Under the pieces are notes generated by a model, which was given only the letters and a program-made list of their open reading frames with translations, made no database searches and was not told the DNA's origin. From positions 1-34,988 of the forward strand of contig JAKSVL010000003.1 of the NCBI GenBank assembly GCA_024407995.1: a DNA stretch of 34,988 bases, given 5' to 3'. This stretch comes from Bacilli bacterium. Its GTDB lineage: Bacteria; Bacillota_I; Bacilli_A; RFN20; CAG-826. Below, piece by piece: positions 18,801 to 30,021 of the stretch. Position 1 is the first letter of the stretch. Every line of letters starts with the position of its first letter. The position numbers and the translations under genes were made by a program.

Positions 18801-19475
18801 AAACAATTAGGCTATAAGATTGCCACTCCAGTTTTCGATGGTATTACCAATGAAGAAATCTTGGATATGATGGAAAAAGCCAAAATGGATCCAACCGGCA
18901 AAACTGTTCTTTATGATGGTACAACCGGTGAAAGATTTGATGAAAGAATTACTGTTGGCTGTATGTACATGATTAAGCTTGTCCACATGGTCGACGATAA
19001 ATTACACGCTCGTGCCACAGGCCCATATAGCTTAGTGACACAACAACCTTTGGGTGGTAAAGCCCAAAATGGTGGTCAAAGATTTGGTGAAATGGAAGTC
19101 TGGGCTCTTGAAGCTTATGGTGCTGCCCACGTCTTACAAGAAATTATTACAATCAAATCCGATGACCGCGTTGGTAGAAGAAAGACTTACGAAGCCATTA
19201 TTAAAGATCAACAATTACCAAAGCCAGGCATTCCAGAAGCCTTCAAAGTCTTGGTAAAAGAATTACAATCACTCTCCATGAACGTCACTCTTCTCGACCA
19301 AGAAGATAATGCCATCGATATGGATGCTCTTGCTAAAGAAGCAGAAAAAGAAGAAAGAAGAATCAATTCTAATATTCGTAACCTCGTTGGTGAAGGCGTC
19401 AACAATGATGCCGTCGTGGACGAAGATGCCGTCGGTATGTCCTATCGTGACATGGACGACGATATGTTGAATTAA
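15855..19475 (+). CDS. rpoB: DNA-directed RNA polymerase subunit beta
   Basis: [48 protein letters not shown]. Confidence 0.99.
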   Translation: MIRNIENLNKLNNNRYDYSKISGKLPLPNLVEIQTKSYEEFKEKGLDEVFRESFPIVNYTNTLSIDYVSIRFGEPKHTFLQCKAQDLTYSAPIYVMLRLTHHDTGEIQESEVYMGEFPLMTKSGTFIVNGAERVIVSQLVRSPGAYMSLTKDIKTGKVTYEADLIPGRGTWLQFESGTKDLLSVRIDRQRKLNASSLLRALGLEETSDIIKLFGDSEALRNTLAKDDDQKIKTAKAALVEIFKKMKPGEPVTEEGTVNFLVQKFFDAKHYDLGRAGRFKYIKKLGVYNRLTGRTLAENLIDSEGEVRFKKGYTLTAQDVDALRDEDFFEKGAHMKKLKVNERLDNHGVINLVKVYNNEREKKVCHIIGTDLNSTCSYVTISDIIACFSYFLNVMDGFGDTDDIDHLGNRRIRCVGELIQNQFRLGLAKMVKTVQQKMSISDLGNVKPKALINPRPLSASIREFFASSQLSQFMDQTNPLAELTNKRRLSALGPGGLTRDRASTEVRDVHVSHYGRICPIETPEGQNIGLINNLASYAKINKYGFIETPYRRVDKTTCRVLSEAEDSVYLSADEEWDYVIAEANINLSPEGEILDEQVIARYKGENVMASREDVDYVDVSPKQIVSIAAGCIPFLENDDTMRALMGSNMQRQALPLLRPHAPFVGTGLEHQIARDSGLAVVAVEDGTVTYTDSCTIEILEKGNVEPRIYQLQKFERSNQGTCINQTSIVKVGQQVTKGQIIADGPAMEKGDLALGQNVTIAFMTWNGYNYEDAVIMSERLVKDDVYTSIHIEKYELECRSIPKLGDEEITRDIPNVSEAAKANLDERGIIVPGAEVKEGDILVGKVTPRGQSEPTPEGKLLMAIFGEKTNEGKDASLRVPHGGAGIVLDVKIFKREGKSKDVELPPGVNEVVRVYIVQKRKISEGDKMSGRHGNKGVISRILPECDMPFLPDGTPVDIMLNPLGVPSRMNIGQILEVHLGYALKQLGYKIATPVFDGITNEEILDMMEKAKMDPTGKTVLYDGTTGERFDERITVGCMYMIKLVHMVDDKLHARATGPYSLVTQQPLGGKAQNGGQRFGEMEVWALEAYGAAHVLQEIITIKSDDRVGRRKTYEAIIKDQQLPKPGIPEAFKVLVKELQSLSMNVTLLDQEDNAIDMDALAKEAEKEERRINSNIRNLVGEGVNNDAVVDEDAVGMSYRDMDDDMLN

Positions 19476-19490
19476 GGAGGATAAAAGATT

Positions 19491-22400
19491 ATGTTTGATG
19501 TTAAAAGATTAGCAGCGATTAAAGTCGGTTTAGCCTCCCCAGAAACAATTCGTGGTTGGTCACATGGTGAAGTCTTAAAACCAGAAACCATTAACTATCG
19601 TAGTCAAAAACCAGAAATGCAAGGTTTATACTGCGAAAAAATCTTTGGACCTAGCAAGGATTATGAATGTCACTGTGGTAAATATAAGAAAATTAGATTT
19701 GCCGGTGTCGTTTGTGAAAAGTGTGGTGTTGAAGTCACTTCTAAAGAAGTTAGAAGAGAAAGAATGGGCCACATTGAACTCGCTAGCCCATGCTCTCATA
19801 TTTGGTATTTAAAAGGTATCCCAAGCCGTATTGGCCTCATTTTAGATGTTTCTCCAAAACACTTAGAAGAAGTCACATATTATGCTGCCCATATCTGCTT
19901 AAATCCAGGTAAGAGCACAGTGCTCACATACCGTGAATTCATCAATGAACGTAACGGTAGAGATATCTTCATTAATGCTGTTAAAGAAATTCAACAAAAC
20001 GCTGCTGAATGGGGCTTACAAGAAGGTAGTGACGACTATGCTAGAAGTGAAGAACTCATTTCTCGTATGGAAAACAAAGGTGAAGTCTTTGACTTCCAAA
20101 CTGTCGCTAGATTCATTTGCAAGTACACAGGCGCGGAATTCTCTGAAGGTGCTGCTGCCATTAAGAGACTTTTACAAGAAGTCGACTTAGACAAAGAAGC
20201 GGCAGAAATTAACCGCAAGATGAAGGAAACCAAATCCACATCTCGTCAAAAATTAACAAAGAGACTTGAAGTTATTGAAGCTTTCCGTAACTCCGATAAT
20301 AAACCTGAATGGATGATTTTGGATGTCGTTCCAGTTATCCCACCAGATTTAAGACCTATGTTACAACTTGATGGTGGTAGATTTGCTACTTCCGATTTAA
20401 ACGATTTATATCGTAGAGTTATTTCCCGTAATAATCGTTTAAAGAAATTAATCGATATGAATTCTCCTCAAGTTATCTTGATGAACGAAAAACGTATGCT
20501 TCAAGAAGCCGTTGACGCTTTGATTGATAATGGTAGAAGAAATAAACCAGTCCAAGGTCCTGGTGGTCGCGCTCTTAAGTCCTTAAGTAGTGCACTTAAA
20601 GGTAAACAAGGTCGTTTCAGACAAAACTTACTTGGTAAACGTGTTGACTATTCTGGTCGTTCCGTTATCGCTGTTGGTCCATCATTAAAGATGTATCAAT
20701 GTGGCTTGCCAAGAGAAATGGCTATTCAATTACTTAGACCATTTATCGCTTGTGAACTCTTAAAGAGAGGCAGCGCTAACGCTCATAAACAAGCTGATAA
20801 GATTATTGATCGCTACGATGATGTTGTCTTTGATATCGTCGAAGAAATCATTTCTAAGCACCCAGTTTTATTAAACCGTGCGCCAACATTACATAGACTT
20901 GGTATCCAAGCCTTCCAACCAATCTTAGTTGATGGTCGTGCCATCCGTTTGCACCCACTCGTTTGTACAGGTTTCAATGCCGACTTCGATGGTGACCAAA
21001 TGGCCGTTCACGTCCCATTGTCTAAAGCCGCTCAAGAAGAAGCTTTACACTTAATGTTAGCCTCCAATAATATTCTTGGCCCTAAAGATGGTAAACCAAT
21101 CGTTACTCCATCCCAAGATATGGTTATTGGTAACTACTATTTAACTCTTGAAAGCACTAAAGAAGACTTCTTAAGAACTGCTAAAGAACTTCACTCCCGT
21201 AAGGATGAAGAAGAAGCAGAAAGATATGAACTTTATGCTGCTAGTGAAGGTAAAGTCTTCAAAGATGTCGATGATGTCTTAAGAGCATATCAAACAAAAC
21301 AAATTCACTTACATAACCGTATTGCCTTATTAGGTAAAGCGATGATGAAGAAGGATTTCACAGAAGAACAAAACAAGAGCTACTTAATCACTTCTGTTGG
21401 TAAAGTAATCTTCAACTTAATCTTCCCAAGTGACTTCCCATATTTAAACGAAGTCAGTAGTGCAGCTTTACGCGGTGACGCTGAAACAGTGAATAAATAT
21501 TTTGCCCCAAGAGGTACAAACATTCCTGAATTCATCGCTGCACGTCCTGTCTTAAAACCATTCAATAAGAAAGACCTCGGTTCTATCATTAACGAAATCT
21601 TCCAACGTTATGATCGTCAAGGTAATCCAAAGACATCTGCCGTTTTGGATAAGATTAAAGACCAAGGCTTCCATTATTCTACAGTCGCTGGTTTAACCGT
21701 TTCCTTAAGTGATATTCACGCGGTTAAAGGTAAAGAAGAAATTCTTAAATCCGGTGATGACAAGGTTGCTAACTTAAAAGAACTTTACGAAATGGGTATG
21801 TTAACCAATGATGAAAGACATAAACAAGTCGTTGAAGTTTGGGAAAAAGTTAAAGACCAAGTCCAAAAGAAACTTGAATCACAATTCAAACTCGATACAC
21901 GTAACCCAATCTTCATGATGTCTGATAGTGGTGCTCGTGGTAATATTTCCAATATTCTCCAATTAGCCGGTATGAGAGGCTTGATGGGTAGTACTTCTGG
22001 TTCAACCATTGAACTTCCTGTTAAATCTTGCTTCCGTGAAGGTATGAACGTGTCTGAATTCTTTATTGCTACTCACGGTGCCCGTAAGGGTGGTGCTGAT
22101 ACCGCTTTAAAGACTGCTGACTCAGGTTACTTAACAAGACGTTTAGTCGACGTTTCTCAAGACGTCATCGTCAGAGAAGAAGACTGCGGTACTGATCATG
22201 GCTTTGAAGTCTATGAAATCAGAGACTCCGCTAGAGATTCCGTTATCGTTAAATTAGAAGACCGTTTAGTCGGTAGATTCGCTCTTAACGATGTCGTTGA
22301 TCCACAAACAGGTGAAGTCATTGTGAAAGGTAACACAATGATTCACGAAAACGAAGCTAAGGCCATCGTTAACGCTGGCATTAAATCTGTCTATATCCGT

Positions 22401-23417
22401 AACTTATTCGGTTGCGAAACTAAAGATGGTGTTTGTGTCCACTGTTATGGTCGTAACTTAGCCACTGGTCGTCGTGTCCAAGTGGGTGAAGCTGTCGGTA
22501 TTATGGCTGCTCAATCCATTGGTGAACCTGGTACTCAATTAACCATGAGAACATTCCATACTGGTGGTGTTGCCGGTAGCGATATTACTCAAGGTTTACC
22601 TCGTGTTCAAGAATTATTTGAAGCTCGTACACCAAAGGGTGAAGCTTTAATTAGTGAAATTTCTGGTACAGTTACTAAGATCGAAGAAAAGAATGGTTGC
22701 TATCTTGTCACCGTCAAGAACGATCTTGATGAAAAAGAATACATCACAAACTTCGGTGCTAGATTACGTGTTAAGAAAGGTGATACTGTCAAAAACGGCG
22801 GTAAAATCACTGAAGGCGCTATCTCACCTAAGAAGTTATTAGAAGTCGCTGATGTGACTGCTGTAGAAAACTACATCTTAAAAGAAGTACAAAAAGTCTA
22901 TAGCGCACAATCTATTGGCATCTCTGATAAGCACATTGAAGTTATCGTTAGACAAATGTTAAGAAAAGTCTTAGTCATTGAAGCTGGCGATACAGATATG
23001 CTCTCAGGCACACGTGTGAACGTTAATACATTCACTCAAAAGAACACTGATGTTATTTTAGAAGGCAAGCATCCAGCCGTCTTCTCACCATTAATTCTTG
23101 GTATTACAAAGTCCGCTCTTGAAACAGAATCATTCTTATCAGCAGCGTCCTTCCAAGAAACAACTCGTGTCTTAACTGATGCCGCTATCAAGGGTAAAGT
23201 TGACTACTTACATGGCTTAAAAGAAAACGTCATTACTGGTCACCTTATCCCAGCAGGTCGTGGCTTAATGAACGAAACTGATAGTGATGATATCTCTAAA
23301 AACTTCGACGTCGAAGAAACAATGAGAGAAGTCAGTGATCGTTACATCGAAGAACACGAAAGAAAAGTCAAAGAAATTAATGAAAAGATTCGTGTCTTAG
23401 ACGAAGAAAAGAAATAG
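19491..23417 (+). CDS. rpoC: DNA-directed RNA polymerase subunit beta'
   Basis: Zinc finger, NADFDGD active site, [13 protein letters not shown]. Confidence 0.99.
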   Translation: MFDVKRLAAIKVGLASPETIRGWSHGEVLKPETINYRSQKPEMQGLYCEKIFGPSKDYECHCGKYKKIRFAGVVCEKCGVEVTSKEVRRERMGHIELASPCSHIWYLKGIPSRIGLILDVSPKHLEEVTYYAAHICLNPGKSTVLTYREFINERNGRDIFINAVKEIQQNAAEWGLQEGSDDYARSEELISRMENKGEVFDFQTVARFICKYTGAEFSEGAAAIKRLLQEVDLDKEAAEINRKMKETKSTSRQKLTKRLEVIEAFRNSDNKPEWMILDVVPVIPPDLRPMLQLDGGRFATSDLNDLYRRVISRNNRLKKLIDMNSPQVILMNEKRMLQEAVDALIDNGRRNKPVQGPGGRALKSLSSALKGKQGRFRQNLLGKRVDYSGRSVIAVGPSLKMYQCGLPREMAIQLLRPFIACELLKRGSANAHKQADKIIDRYDDVVFDIVEEIISKHPVLLNRAPTLHRLGIQAFQPILVDGRAIRLHPLVCTGFNADFDGDQMAVHVPLSKAAQEEALHLMLASNNILGPKDGKPIVTPSQDMVIGNYYLTLESTKEDFLRTAKELHSRKDEEEAERYELYAASEGKVFKDVDDVLRAYQTKQIHLHNRIALLGKAMMKKDFTEEQNKSYLITSVGKVIFNLIFPSDFPYLNEVSSAALRGDAETVNKYFAPRGTNIPEFIAARPVLKPFNKKDLGSIINEIFQRYDRQGNPKTSAVLDKIKDQGFHYSTVAGLTVSLSDIHAVKGKEEILKSGDDKVANLKELYEMGMLTNDERHKQVVEVWEKVKDQVQKKLESQFKLDTRNPIFMMSDSGARGNISNILQLAGMRGLMGSTSGSTIELPVKSCFREGMNVSEFFIATHGARKGGADTALKTADSGYLTRRLVDVSQDVIVREEDCGTDHGFEVYEIRDSARDSVIVKLEDRLVGRFALNDVVDPQTGEVIVKGNTMIHENEAKAIVNAGIKSVYIRNLFGCETKDGVCVHCYGRNLATGRRVQVGEAVGIMAAQSIGEPGTQLTMRTFHTGGVAGSDITQGLPRVQELFEARTPKGEALISEISGTVTKIEEKNGCYLVTVKNDLDEKEYITNFGARLRVKKGDTVKNGGKITEGAISPKKLLEVADVTAVENYILKEVQKVYSAQSIGISDKHIEVIVRQMLRKVLVIEAGDTDMLSGTRVNVNTFTQKNTDVILEGKHPAVFSPLILGITKSALETESFLSAASFQETTRVLTDAAIKGKVDYLHGLKENVITGHLIPAGRGLMNETDSDDISKNFDVEETMREVSDRYIEEHERKVKEINEKIRVLDEEKK

Positions 23418-23441
23418 TTTCTAGATAAAAAAACAAAAATC

Positions 23442-23472
23442 AAGCGTGTCTATAATAAGGCACGCTTTTTTA
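23442..23472 (+). terminator. Intrinsic terminator after rpoC
   Basis: AAGCGTGTCT-ataata-AGGCACGCTT followed by a T run. Confidence 0.85.
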
Positions 23473-23529
23473 TACCAATAACTTTAAGTTATGGTATAAT
23501 TAAATTTAGAAATAAAGGAAATGATATTT

Positions 23530-24528
23530 ATGAGTCAATATAAAATTGTGATTGATACTTTAGGCTCCGATAAAGGACCAGAAGCCATCATTTTAGGCGC
23601 TGCTTTAGCGTTAAAAGAATTTCCAGATTTAAGCATTACATTAGTAGGACCAGAAGAACTCATTAATGAAAAGATTAAAGAGTATGAAGGTGATGCTAAT
23701 AGAATTAAAGTTATTAACACAAATGAAACTATTACCAATTATGAAAACCCATACACTGGTATTATGAATAAGCCAAACGCTTCCTTAGTCTTAGCGATGA
23801 AAGAAGCTGGAAAAATTGAAGAGAATTATGCTGGCATGATTACCGCTGGTAATAGTGGGGCTATTCTCATGGGTTCATTTAGATTTTTAAGCGATGAAAA
23901 TAAAACTAGACCATGTATGGCAGCAGTCCTACCTTGCGCAAATGGCTCATATACCTGTTTAGTGGACACAGGAGCGACGATTGACTGTACATCAAGTCAA
24001 CTCCATTCTTTCGCCCATTTAGGCAGCGATTTGATGAAAAAGATGTATCAAATTGAAAGACCACGTGTCGCTCTTCTTTCTAATGGTGCGGAACCTACTA
24101 AAGGTAATCATCTAGTTAAAGAAACATATCCAATACTTGCCGAAGATAAAGAATTAAATTTCATTGGCAATGTCGAAGGTAATAGAGCCCTTTCTGGTGA
24201 TGCCGATGTTCTTGTTTGTGATGGCTTTGCCGGTAACCAAGTGCTTAAAAACTCCGAAGGTATGGCCAAACAACTCATCACTGATATTGTGAAATTATCA
24301 AAAATGAGAAATAAACCAGAATTCATGGAAGTGGCCCAATATTTAATGAAAACATATGACTTAGGCGCTTTAGGTGGTGGTATTGTCTTAGGCTCAAGAA
24401 AAGTCATTATGAAAGCGCGTGGAAACTCCGATGAAAGAGCAATTGTTAATATTTCTAGAATGTTAATTAACTACGCAAACGGAGAAGCAGTTTTCACTAA
24501 AGAACAATTAGCAGAAGCTAGTCGTTGA
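23530..24528 (+). CDS. plsX: Phosphate acyltransferase PlsX
   Basis: IDTLGSDKGP, TAGNSGA, LSNGAEPTKG, NFIGNVEG, DVLVCDGFAGN; start at 23530 or 23521; own extended -10 TGGTATAAT at 23492-23500. Confidence 0.92.
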   Translation: MSQYKIVIDTLGSDKGPEAIILGAALALKEFPDLSITLVGPEELINEKIKEYEGDANRIKVINTNETITNYENPYTGIMNKPNASLVLAMKEAGKIEENYAGMITAGNSGAILMGSFRFLSDENKTRPCMAAVLPCANGSYTCLVDTGATIDCTSSQLHSFAHLGSDLMKKMYQIERPRVALLSNGAEPTKGNHLVKETYPILAEDKELNFIGNVEGNRALSGDADVLVCDGFAGNQVLKNSEGMAKQLITDIVKLSKMRNKPEFMEVAQYLMKTYDLGALGGGIVLGSRKVIMKARGNSDERAIVNISRMLINYANGEAVFTKEQLAEASR

Positions 24529-24575
24529 TAGAAAATTGATAATTTGTTAATATAACAAGGCTGAGGAAAAAGACT

Positions 24576-24803
24576 ATGTTAGAAAAATTAAAAAAATTAA
24601 TGAAAGGTGTCGATGAAAACATCAACCTCGATAACGTTACTTTAGAAACAAAATTAGTAGAAGATTTACATTTCGATTCATTAGGCTCAATGATGTTCGC
24701 TATGGCAATCGAAGATGAATTCGGTATCACATTTGATGAAGAGGCATTACACTTTGAAACAGTTGGTGATGTCGTTAAATGCATCGAATCAAAAACAAAA
24801 TAA
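24576..24803 (+). CDS. acpP: Acyl carrier protein (possibly AcpB-like)
   Basis: 75-aa acidic protein; DLHFDSL phosphopantetheine site, IEDEFGI, TVGDVV. Confidence 0.9.
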   Translation: MLEKLKKLMKGVDENINLDNVTLETKLVEDLHFDSLGSMMFAMAIEDEFGITFDEEALHFETVGDVVKCIESKTK

Positions 24804-24820
24804 GTTTCATTAATTATTAA

Positions 24821-24855
24821 GCAAGAATTAACGGGTTATCCCGTTTTTCTTTTGC
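24821..24855 (+). terminator. Intrinsic terminator after the ACP gene
   Basis: AACGGG-ttat-CCCGTT followed by TTTCTTTT. Confidence 0.75.
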
Positions 24856-24858
24856 AAT

Positions 24859-24888
24859 TAAAAACCACCGCAGTGACGCGGTGGTTTT
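24859..24888 (-). terminator. Intrinsic terminator of the minus-strand phosphatase gene
   Basis: AAAACCACCGC-agtgac-GCGGTGGTTTT perfect 11-bp stem. Confidence 0.8.
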
Positions 24889-24905
24889 GCTTAGTCAATT
24901 AACGA

Positions 24906-26588
24906 TTAGGCTTTTGCAACGTAACCAGGAACGAAGATTTCACGGATATGTTCAAGTGTGGATTTTTCAATACCGAAGCTCATTAAGTGGTTTTCCATCT
25001 TATCTGCAAATGTTGAACCATCACAAGCTTTTGTCTTTTCTAACCATTTTGGGAATTCAGCATCACTTTCGGTATATTTAACTGTTCTACCTTGAGTGAA
25101 TTGTGTCCAGAGGTAATCTCTAATCATATCTTCTTCATTCATACCTAATAAGGCTTCTAAGAAGAATGTGGTGATACCAGTTCTATCAGCACCATATGTG
25201 CAGTGCAACATAGCAGGCGCTGTATCACAGTTAGCTAATGTATCAAAGATGATTTTATATTGTGCGGCAATATCAGTTCCTTGATAAGAGCCACCTTCCC
25301 AACGTACTGGTTCGGAACCAGATGGGACGGCTGCACCAACGAATGTCACTGGCCAATCATTACTATTAGCAGCGGAGACATTACCTTGTGGGAAGTTATA
25401 GCTATCTCTCATGTCGATATCAACTTTAATGCCGAGTTCTTTAATAGCAGCTTTGCCTAAACCAGCGGTATCCAATTTAGAAGTTGTGTTGCCACCGCGG
25501 CCAGCATCGAGTTGAGCGCAACGGAAATATAAACCTTGATTAATCTTGGCGCCTGGAACTAATGTTGATTCCCAACCACCAATATCACGGAAGTTAAGAA
25601 TGTTTGGAACATTCACAACACGTGGTGCTAAATCAGTTGAAGTGATATTTTTAACTTCGGCACTAGCTAGAGCGCTTTCACTTGTGGCGGCTCTATAGTA
25701 ATACTTTGTGCTTAATTTAGCGTTTTGGAACATATAGTACTTGTTAGTAGATTCTCTAACGGTAGCATTGGCTAATGCTGCTTCGCTTTCAGCAACTTGG
25801 AAATAATATTTGCTAGCATCTTCAAGTTCCTCGTATCTTAATTTCATACCTCTTGGAGCGGATAAATCGGCACCAGTTGCGTATGTCTTATATTTGAGTT
25901 CATCTTCATCCATCAAATACTTATATTGTTGTAAGTTATGGAAATCATTATCTGGAATATCGTCTTCAGTAATTGTGCTTGGATCTACTGGAACGATGCT
26001 GGCATCAGTTGTTTTGAATTGAATGTAGTCAATACTGGCAAGAGATACTGGGGCTTCATCCTTAACAGTGATAGAAACGTTATAAGTACCTGGATATAAG
26101 TCTTGAGATTCATATGGTAATAAATCCCAAATTGTCGCGCTACTACGAGCAGCTAATGTTCCCTTACCTTCTGCGAATGAAAGTGGTGAAACCGTTTCAA
26201 TGTTGTAATGATAAACTTTGGACATGTCAAGTGCTTTAGCGATATCGCTTTCAACTTGAGCATATGCGGCAGAGATCACAACCTTAGAGAATTTCTTTAA
26301 TTCAAAGCTAAATTTTGCTTCCGCAGCAGAACCTGAAGCTGCAGCAGCAACATATTTACCACCAGAGGCATTAGCTTCTTCGATGATATTGTCATCATAA
26401 GATTCATCGGCTTCCCAACCTGATAAGTCGAAATCTTCAGCTTCCATTTTAAGAGTACCAAAATCTTCGATAACGATTTTGCTCTTATCATTGTTTTGTT
26501 TGGATGAGCCGTTGCCACCTTGGCCACTGCCACAACCTGTTAAACATGCTACAACTAACAATGAGAGTAGAATATTTTGTTTTTTCAT
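24906..26588 (-). CDS. Lipoprotein with CBM6/CBM35-like domain, beta-sandwich (FN3-like) domain and PtpB-like tyrosine/lipid phosphatase domain
   Basis: Start ATG 26588 after GAGGAG; lipobox LTGC; KMEAEDF...ASGGKYV...IDYIQF CBM-like pattern; NFRDIGGW, DIDMR, P-loop HCTYGADRTG, RDY. Confidence 0.8.
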   Translation of the reverse strand: MKKQNILLSLLVVACLTGCGSGQGGNGSSKQNNDKSKIVIEDFGTLKMEAEDFDLSGWEADESYDDNIIEEANASGGKYVAAAASGSAAEAKFSFELKKFSKVVISAAYAQVESDIAKALDMSKVYHYNIETVSPLSFAEGKGTLAARSSATIWDLLPYESQDLYPGTYNVSITVKDEAPVSLASIDYIQFKTTDASIVPVDPSTITEDDIPDNDFHNLQQYKYLMDEDELKYKTYATGADLSAPRGMKLRYEELEDASKYYFQVAESEAALANATVRESTNKYYMFQNAKLSTKYYYRAATSESALASAEVKNITSTDLAPRVVNVPNILNFRDIGGWESTLVPGAKINQGLYFRCAQLDAGRGGNTTSKLDTAGLGKAAIKELGIKVDIDMRDSYNFPQGNVSAANSNDWPVTFVGAAVPSGSEPVRWEGGSYQGTDIAAQYKIIFDTLANCDTAPAMLHCTYGADRTGITTFFLEALLGMNEEDMIRDYLWTQFTQGRTVKYTESDAEFPKWLEKTKACDGSTFADKMENHLMSFGIEKSTLEHIREIFVPGYVAKA

Positions 26589-26813
26589 AAAGTCTCCTCG
26601 ATTCATAGAATCGTATTATTGCGTATTAGAATAACACATTTGTTACGTATGTATACATATGCGTTTCCTAAGTTATAAATATAGTATACGCATATGCCCG
26701 TTAGTTGCACAAATAAAAATGAATATTAGGCTAAAAAAATTATGTTATTTCGTTAAAAAGTAGATGTATTTTTGGCATTTTTTTGGCCATTTTTCATTAG
26801 TAATTTTGGCTAT

Positions 26814-26959
26814 GATACACCAGGTATCGTGTGTATAAAAATAATTTTTTTATTGCGCAGTTTTTCCTGCTTATATATTATATATGAGCGTGTGCAATCC
26901 ATGCCTCGACCAATTTAGGTCATTTTTAATGGGAAGATACCGATACACCAGGTATCGTG
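26814..26959. repeat. Exact 18-bp direct repeat GATACACCAGGTATCGTG (26814-26831 and 26942-26959)
   Basis: Read directly; 128-bp period; each copy has the dyad GATAC-N5-GTATC. Confidence 0.95.
26853..26881 (+). promoter_or_regulatory. Putative str operon (rpsL) promoter
   Basis: TTGCGC, 17-bp spacer, TATTAT, preceded by an AT-rich UP-like tract. Confidence 0.65.
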
Positions 26960-26996
26960 GATACACAACATGAAATAGTTATTGAAAGGAGCAATT

Positions 26997-27416
26997 ATGC
27001 CAACAATTAACCAATTAGTTCGTCAAGGCAGACAAAATAAGACATTCAAGTCAAAATCTCCTGCTCTTGGACAAAGATGGAACTCCTTAAAGAAAAAAGG
27101 AACTGCTCAACCAGCTGCTCAAAAACGTGGCGTTTGCACCCGTGTTGGTACAATGACACCTAAGAAACCTAACTCAGCTTTAAGAAAATACGCTCGTGTT
27201 AGATTAAGCAACGGTTACGAAGTCACCGCTTACATCGGTGGTGAAGGACACAATTTACAAGAGCACAGCACCGTCATCATTCGTGGCGGCCGTGTCAAAG
27301 ACCTCCCAGGTGTGCGTTATCACATCGTTAGAGGTACATTAGACTGTGCAGGTATCGAAGCAAGAAGACAAGGTCGTAGCTTATACGGTACCAAGAAGCC
27401 AAAGGCTGAAGAATAG
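26997..27416 (+). CDS. rpsL: 30S ribosomal protein S12
   Basis: [29 protein letters not shown]; start ATG 26997 after AAGGAG. Confidence 0.99.
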   Translation: MPTINQLVRQGRQNKTFKSKSPALGQRWNSLKKKGTAQPAAQKRGVCTRVGTMTPKKPNSALRKYARVRLSNGYEVTAYIGGEGHNLQEHSTVIIRGGRVKDLPGVRYHIVRGTLDCAGIEARRQGRSLYGTKKPKAEE

Positions 27417-27429
27417 GAGGTAAGAAAAT

Positions 27430-27897
27430 ATGCGTAAAGGAAATCCTACAAAACGTGATGTCTTACCAGATCCAATTTACAACTCAAAGTTAGTCACACG
27501 TTTAATCAACAAATTAATGCTCGATGGTAAAAAAGGCACCGCACAAAATATTCTCTACGGTTCCTTCAAGAAAATCGAAGAAAAAACTGGCAAACCAGCA
27601 ATGGATGTCTTCGCAACAGCCATTAACAACATCATGCCAGAAGTCGAACTTAAGATGAAAAGAGTCGGTGGTGCAAACTTCCCAGTTCCAACTGATGTTT
27701 CACCAGAAAGAAAAGTCACCTTAGGTCTCAGATGGTTAGTCAACTATTCACGTTTAAGAAATGAAAAGACAATGACCGACCGTTTAGCAAACGAAATCAT
27801 CGATGCCGCTAACGGCACTGGTGCTTCAGTCAAAAAGAGAGAAGATACACACAAAATGGCAGAAGCCAACAAGGCTTACTCACATTATCGTTGGTAA
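27430..27897 (+). CDS. rpsG: 30S ribosomal protein S7
   Basis: [25 protein letters not shown]. Confidence 0.98.
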   Translation: MRKGNPTKRDVLPDPIYNSKLVTRLINKLMLDGKKGTAQNILYGSFKKIEEKTGKPAMDVFATAINNIMPEVELKMKRVGGANFPVPTDVSPERKVTLGLRWLVNYSRLRNEKTMTDRLANEIIDAANGTGASVKKREDTHKMAEANKAYSHYRW

Positions 27898-27917
27898 TCA
27901 GTTAGGAAATCTTATCT

Positions 27918-29996
27918 ATGTCACGCGAATATGATCTAGCACATACACGCAATATAGGCATCATGGCCCATATCGATGCAGGAAAGACTACCACAACTGA
28001 ACGTATTCTCTACTTCACTGGCAAAATCCACAAACTTGGTGAAACTCACGAAGGTAGTGCCACCATGGACTGGATGGAGCAAGAACAAGAAAGAGGTATT
28101 ACAATTACCTCCGCCGCGACAACCGCCACTTGGAAAGGCAATCGTATTAATATCATCGACACTCCTGGACACGTCGACTTCACTGTCGAAGTGGAAAGAT
28201 CACTTCGTGTCTTAGATGGTGCTATTACCGTGCTTGATGGCAAAAACGGCGTTGAACCACAAACAGAAACCGTGTGGAGACAAGGCTCCAAGTACGGAGT
28301 CCCACGTATTGTCTTCGTCAATAAGCTTGACGCCATTGGTGCAGACTATGAAATGTCTATCGCTTCTCTTAGAGAAAGATTAGGTGCCAATGCGGAAGCA
28401 GTGCAATATCCAATCGGTATCGAATCATCCTTAAAGGGTTGGATCGATATCATCACTCAGAAAGCATATATTTATGCTTCTGATATGAATGAAGAACCAC
28501 ATGAAGTTCCTGTTCCTGAAGAATATCAAGATAAACTTCTTGAATTCAGAATGAGATTATTTGAAGCTTTATCAAATTTTGATGAAGAAATTCTCATGAT
28601 TGTTCTTGAAGGCAAAGAGCCAAGTGAAGAACAAACAAAGAGTGCTATCCGTAAAGCAGTTTTAACTGGTGAATTCCACCCTGTTTTCTGCGGTAGTGCT
28701 TACAAAAACAAAAACATTCAACCTTTATTAGATGGTGTTATTGATTACTTACCATCCCCATTAGACATCACACATGCTAAAGGCACTGATGATCGTGGTA
28801 ATGAATTGACTTGTGAACCTGATGACGATGCTCCTCTTGCTTCATTAGCCTTCAAGATTGCTACTGATCCATTTATTGGCCGTCTAGCCTATGTCCGTGT
28901 CTACAGTGGTACTCTAAAATCAGGTAGCTATGTCTATAACTCTGTTAAAGGTGTGAAAGAAAGAATTGGCCGTGTTGTCTTAATGCACAGCAATCACCGT
29001 CAAGAAGTTCCAGAACTTCACGCTGGTGATATCGGTGCGGTTGTCGGTCTTAAATCAACCATCACTGGTGATACACTCTGTGATGTCGGAAAAACCATCA
29101 TTTTGGAAAAGATGGAATTCCCAGCTCCGGTTATTGAAGAAGCTGTTGAACCAAAGACTAAAGCCGACCAAGAAAAGATGAACATTGCCTTACAAAAACT
29201 TGCGGAAGAAGACCCAACATTCCGTGTAAGAACAAACCCAGAAACCGGTCAAACATTGATCGCCGGTGTTGGTGAATTACACTTAGACATTATCGTCGAT
29301 AGAATGAAGAGAGAATTCAACGTTCAAGTCAACGTTGGTGCACCACAAGTTGAATACCGTGAAACAATCCGCGCTCAAGGCGAATGCGAAGGTAAATACA
29401 TTAGACAATCTGGTGGTCGTGGTCAATATGGTCACGTTTGGATCAGATTTGAACCAAATGATGGTAAAGGCTTCGAATTCGTTGATGCCGTTGTCGGTGG
29501 TACTGTTCCAAAGGAATATATCAAACCAACCGAAGAAGGCTTAAAAGATGCAATGAACCGCGGTATGTTAGCAGGCTTCCCGGTCATCGATGTCAAAGCT
29601 ACCTTATATGATGGTAGTTACCATGATGTCGATAGTAGTGAAGCGGCTTACAAAATCGCTGCTTCTATGGCTTTAAAAGAAGCGGCTAAAAAATGTCAGC
29701 CAGTTATCTTAGAACCAATCATGAAGATTGAAGTAACTGTCCCAGAACAATATTATGGTGATGTCATTGGTGATATCTCCAGAAGAAGAGGACAAATGAC
29801 TGGTGAAAGTCAAAGGGCTAATGCTAAGATTATCGAAGCAGAAGTCCCATTGAGCGAAATGTTTGGCTATGTTACTGACTTACGTAGTATGACTCAAGGA
29901 AGAGGCAATTACGTCATGCAGTTTGACCACTACGGTGAAACGCCAAGATACGTTCAAGACGAAATTTTGAAAAAAGTGGGAGCGATTGCCCGCTAA
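27918..29996 (+). CDS. fusA: Elongation factor G
   Basis: [34 protein letters not shown]. Confidence 0.99.
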   Translation: MSREYDLAHTRNIGIMAHIDAGKTTTTERILYFTGKIHKLGETHEGSATMDWMEQEQERGITITSAATTATWKGNRINIIDTPGHVDFTVEVERSLRVLDGAITVLDGKNGVEPQTETVWRQGSKYGVPRIVFVNKLDAIGADYEMSIASLRERLGANAEAVQYPIGIESSLKGWIDIITQKAYIYASDMNEEPHEVPVPEEYQDKLLEFRMRLFEALSNFDEEILMIVLEGKEPSEEQTKSAIRKAVLTGEFHPVFCGSAYKNKNIQPLLDGVIDYLPSPLDITHAKGTDDRGNELTCEPDDDAPLASLAFKIATDPFIGRLAYVRVYSGTLKSGSYVYNSVKGVKERIGRVVLMHSNHRQEVPELHAGDIGAVVGLKSTITGDTLCDVGKTIILEKMEFPAPVIEEAVEPKTKADQEKMNIALQKLAEEDPTFRVRTNPETGQTLIAGVGELHLDIIVDRMKREFNVQVNVGAPQVEYRETIRAQGECEGKYIRQSGGRGQYGHVWIRFEPNDGKGFEFVDAVVGGTVPKEYIKPTEEGLKDAMNRGMLAGFPVIDVKATLYDGSYHDVDSSEAAYKIAASMALKEAAKKCQPVILEPIMKIEVTVPEQYYGDVIGDISRRRGQMTGESQRANAKIIEAEVPLSEMFGYVTDLRSMTQGRGNYVMQFDHYGETPRYVQDEILKKVGAIAR

Positions 29997-30021
29997 AAAT
30001 AATTAGTGTAATATCAAATGA

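Noticed and set aside
19900-20160. Lineage-specific insertion in the RpoC N-terminal region (possible intein)
   Set aside because: Known variable region of beta'; no intein terminal motifs
26769-26810. Three TTTTGGC copies
   Set aside because: Short, irregularly spaced and low-complexity in AT-rich DNA
26814-26959. Mini CRISPR array
   Set aside because: Only two 18-bp copies, the 110-bp spacer contains a promoter, and there are no cas genes
26997-27416. Streptomycin-resistance alleles in S12
   Set aside because: PKKPNSA and RVKDLPG are wild type
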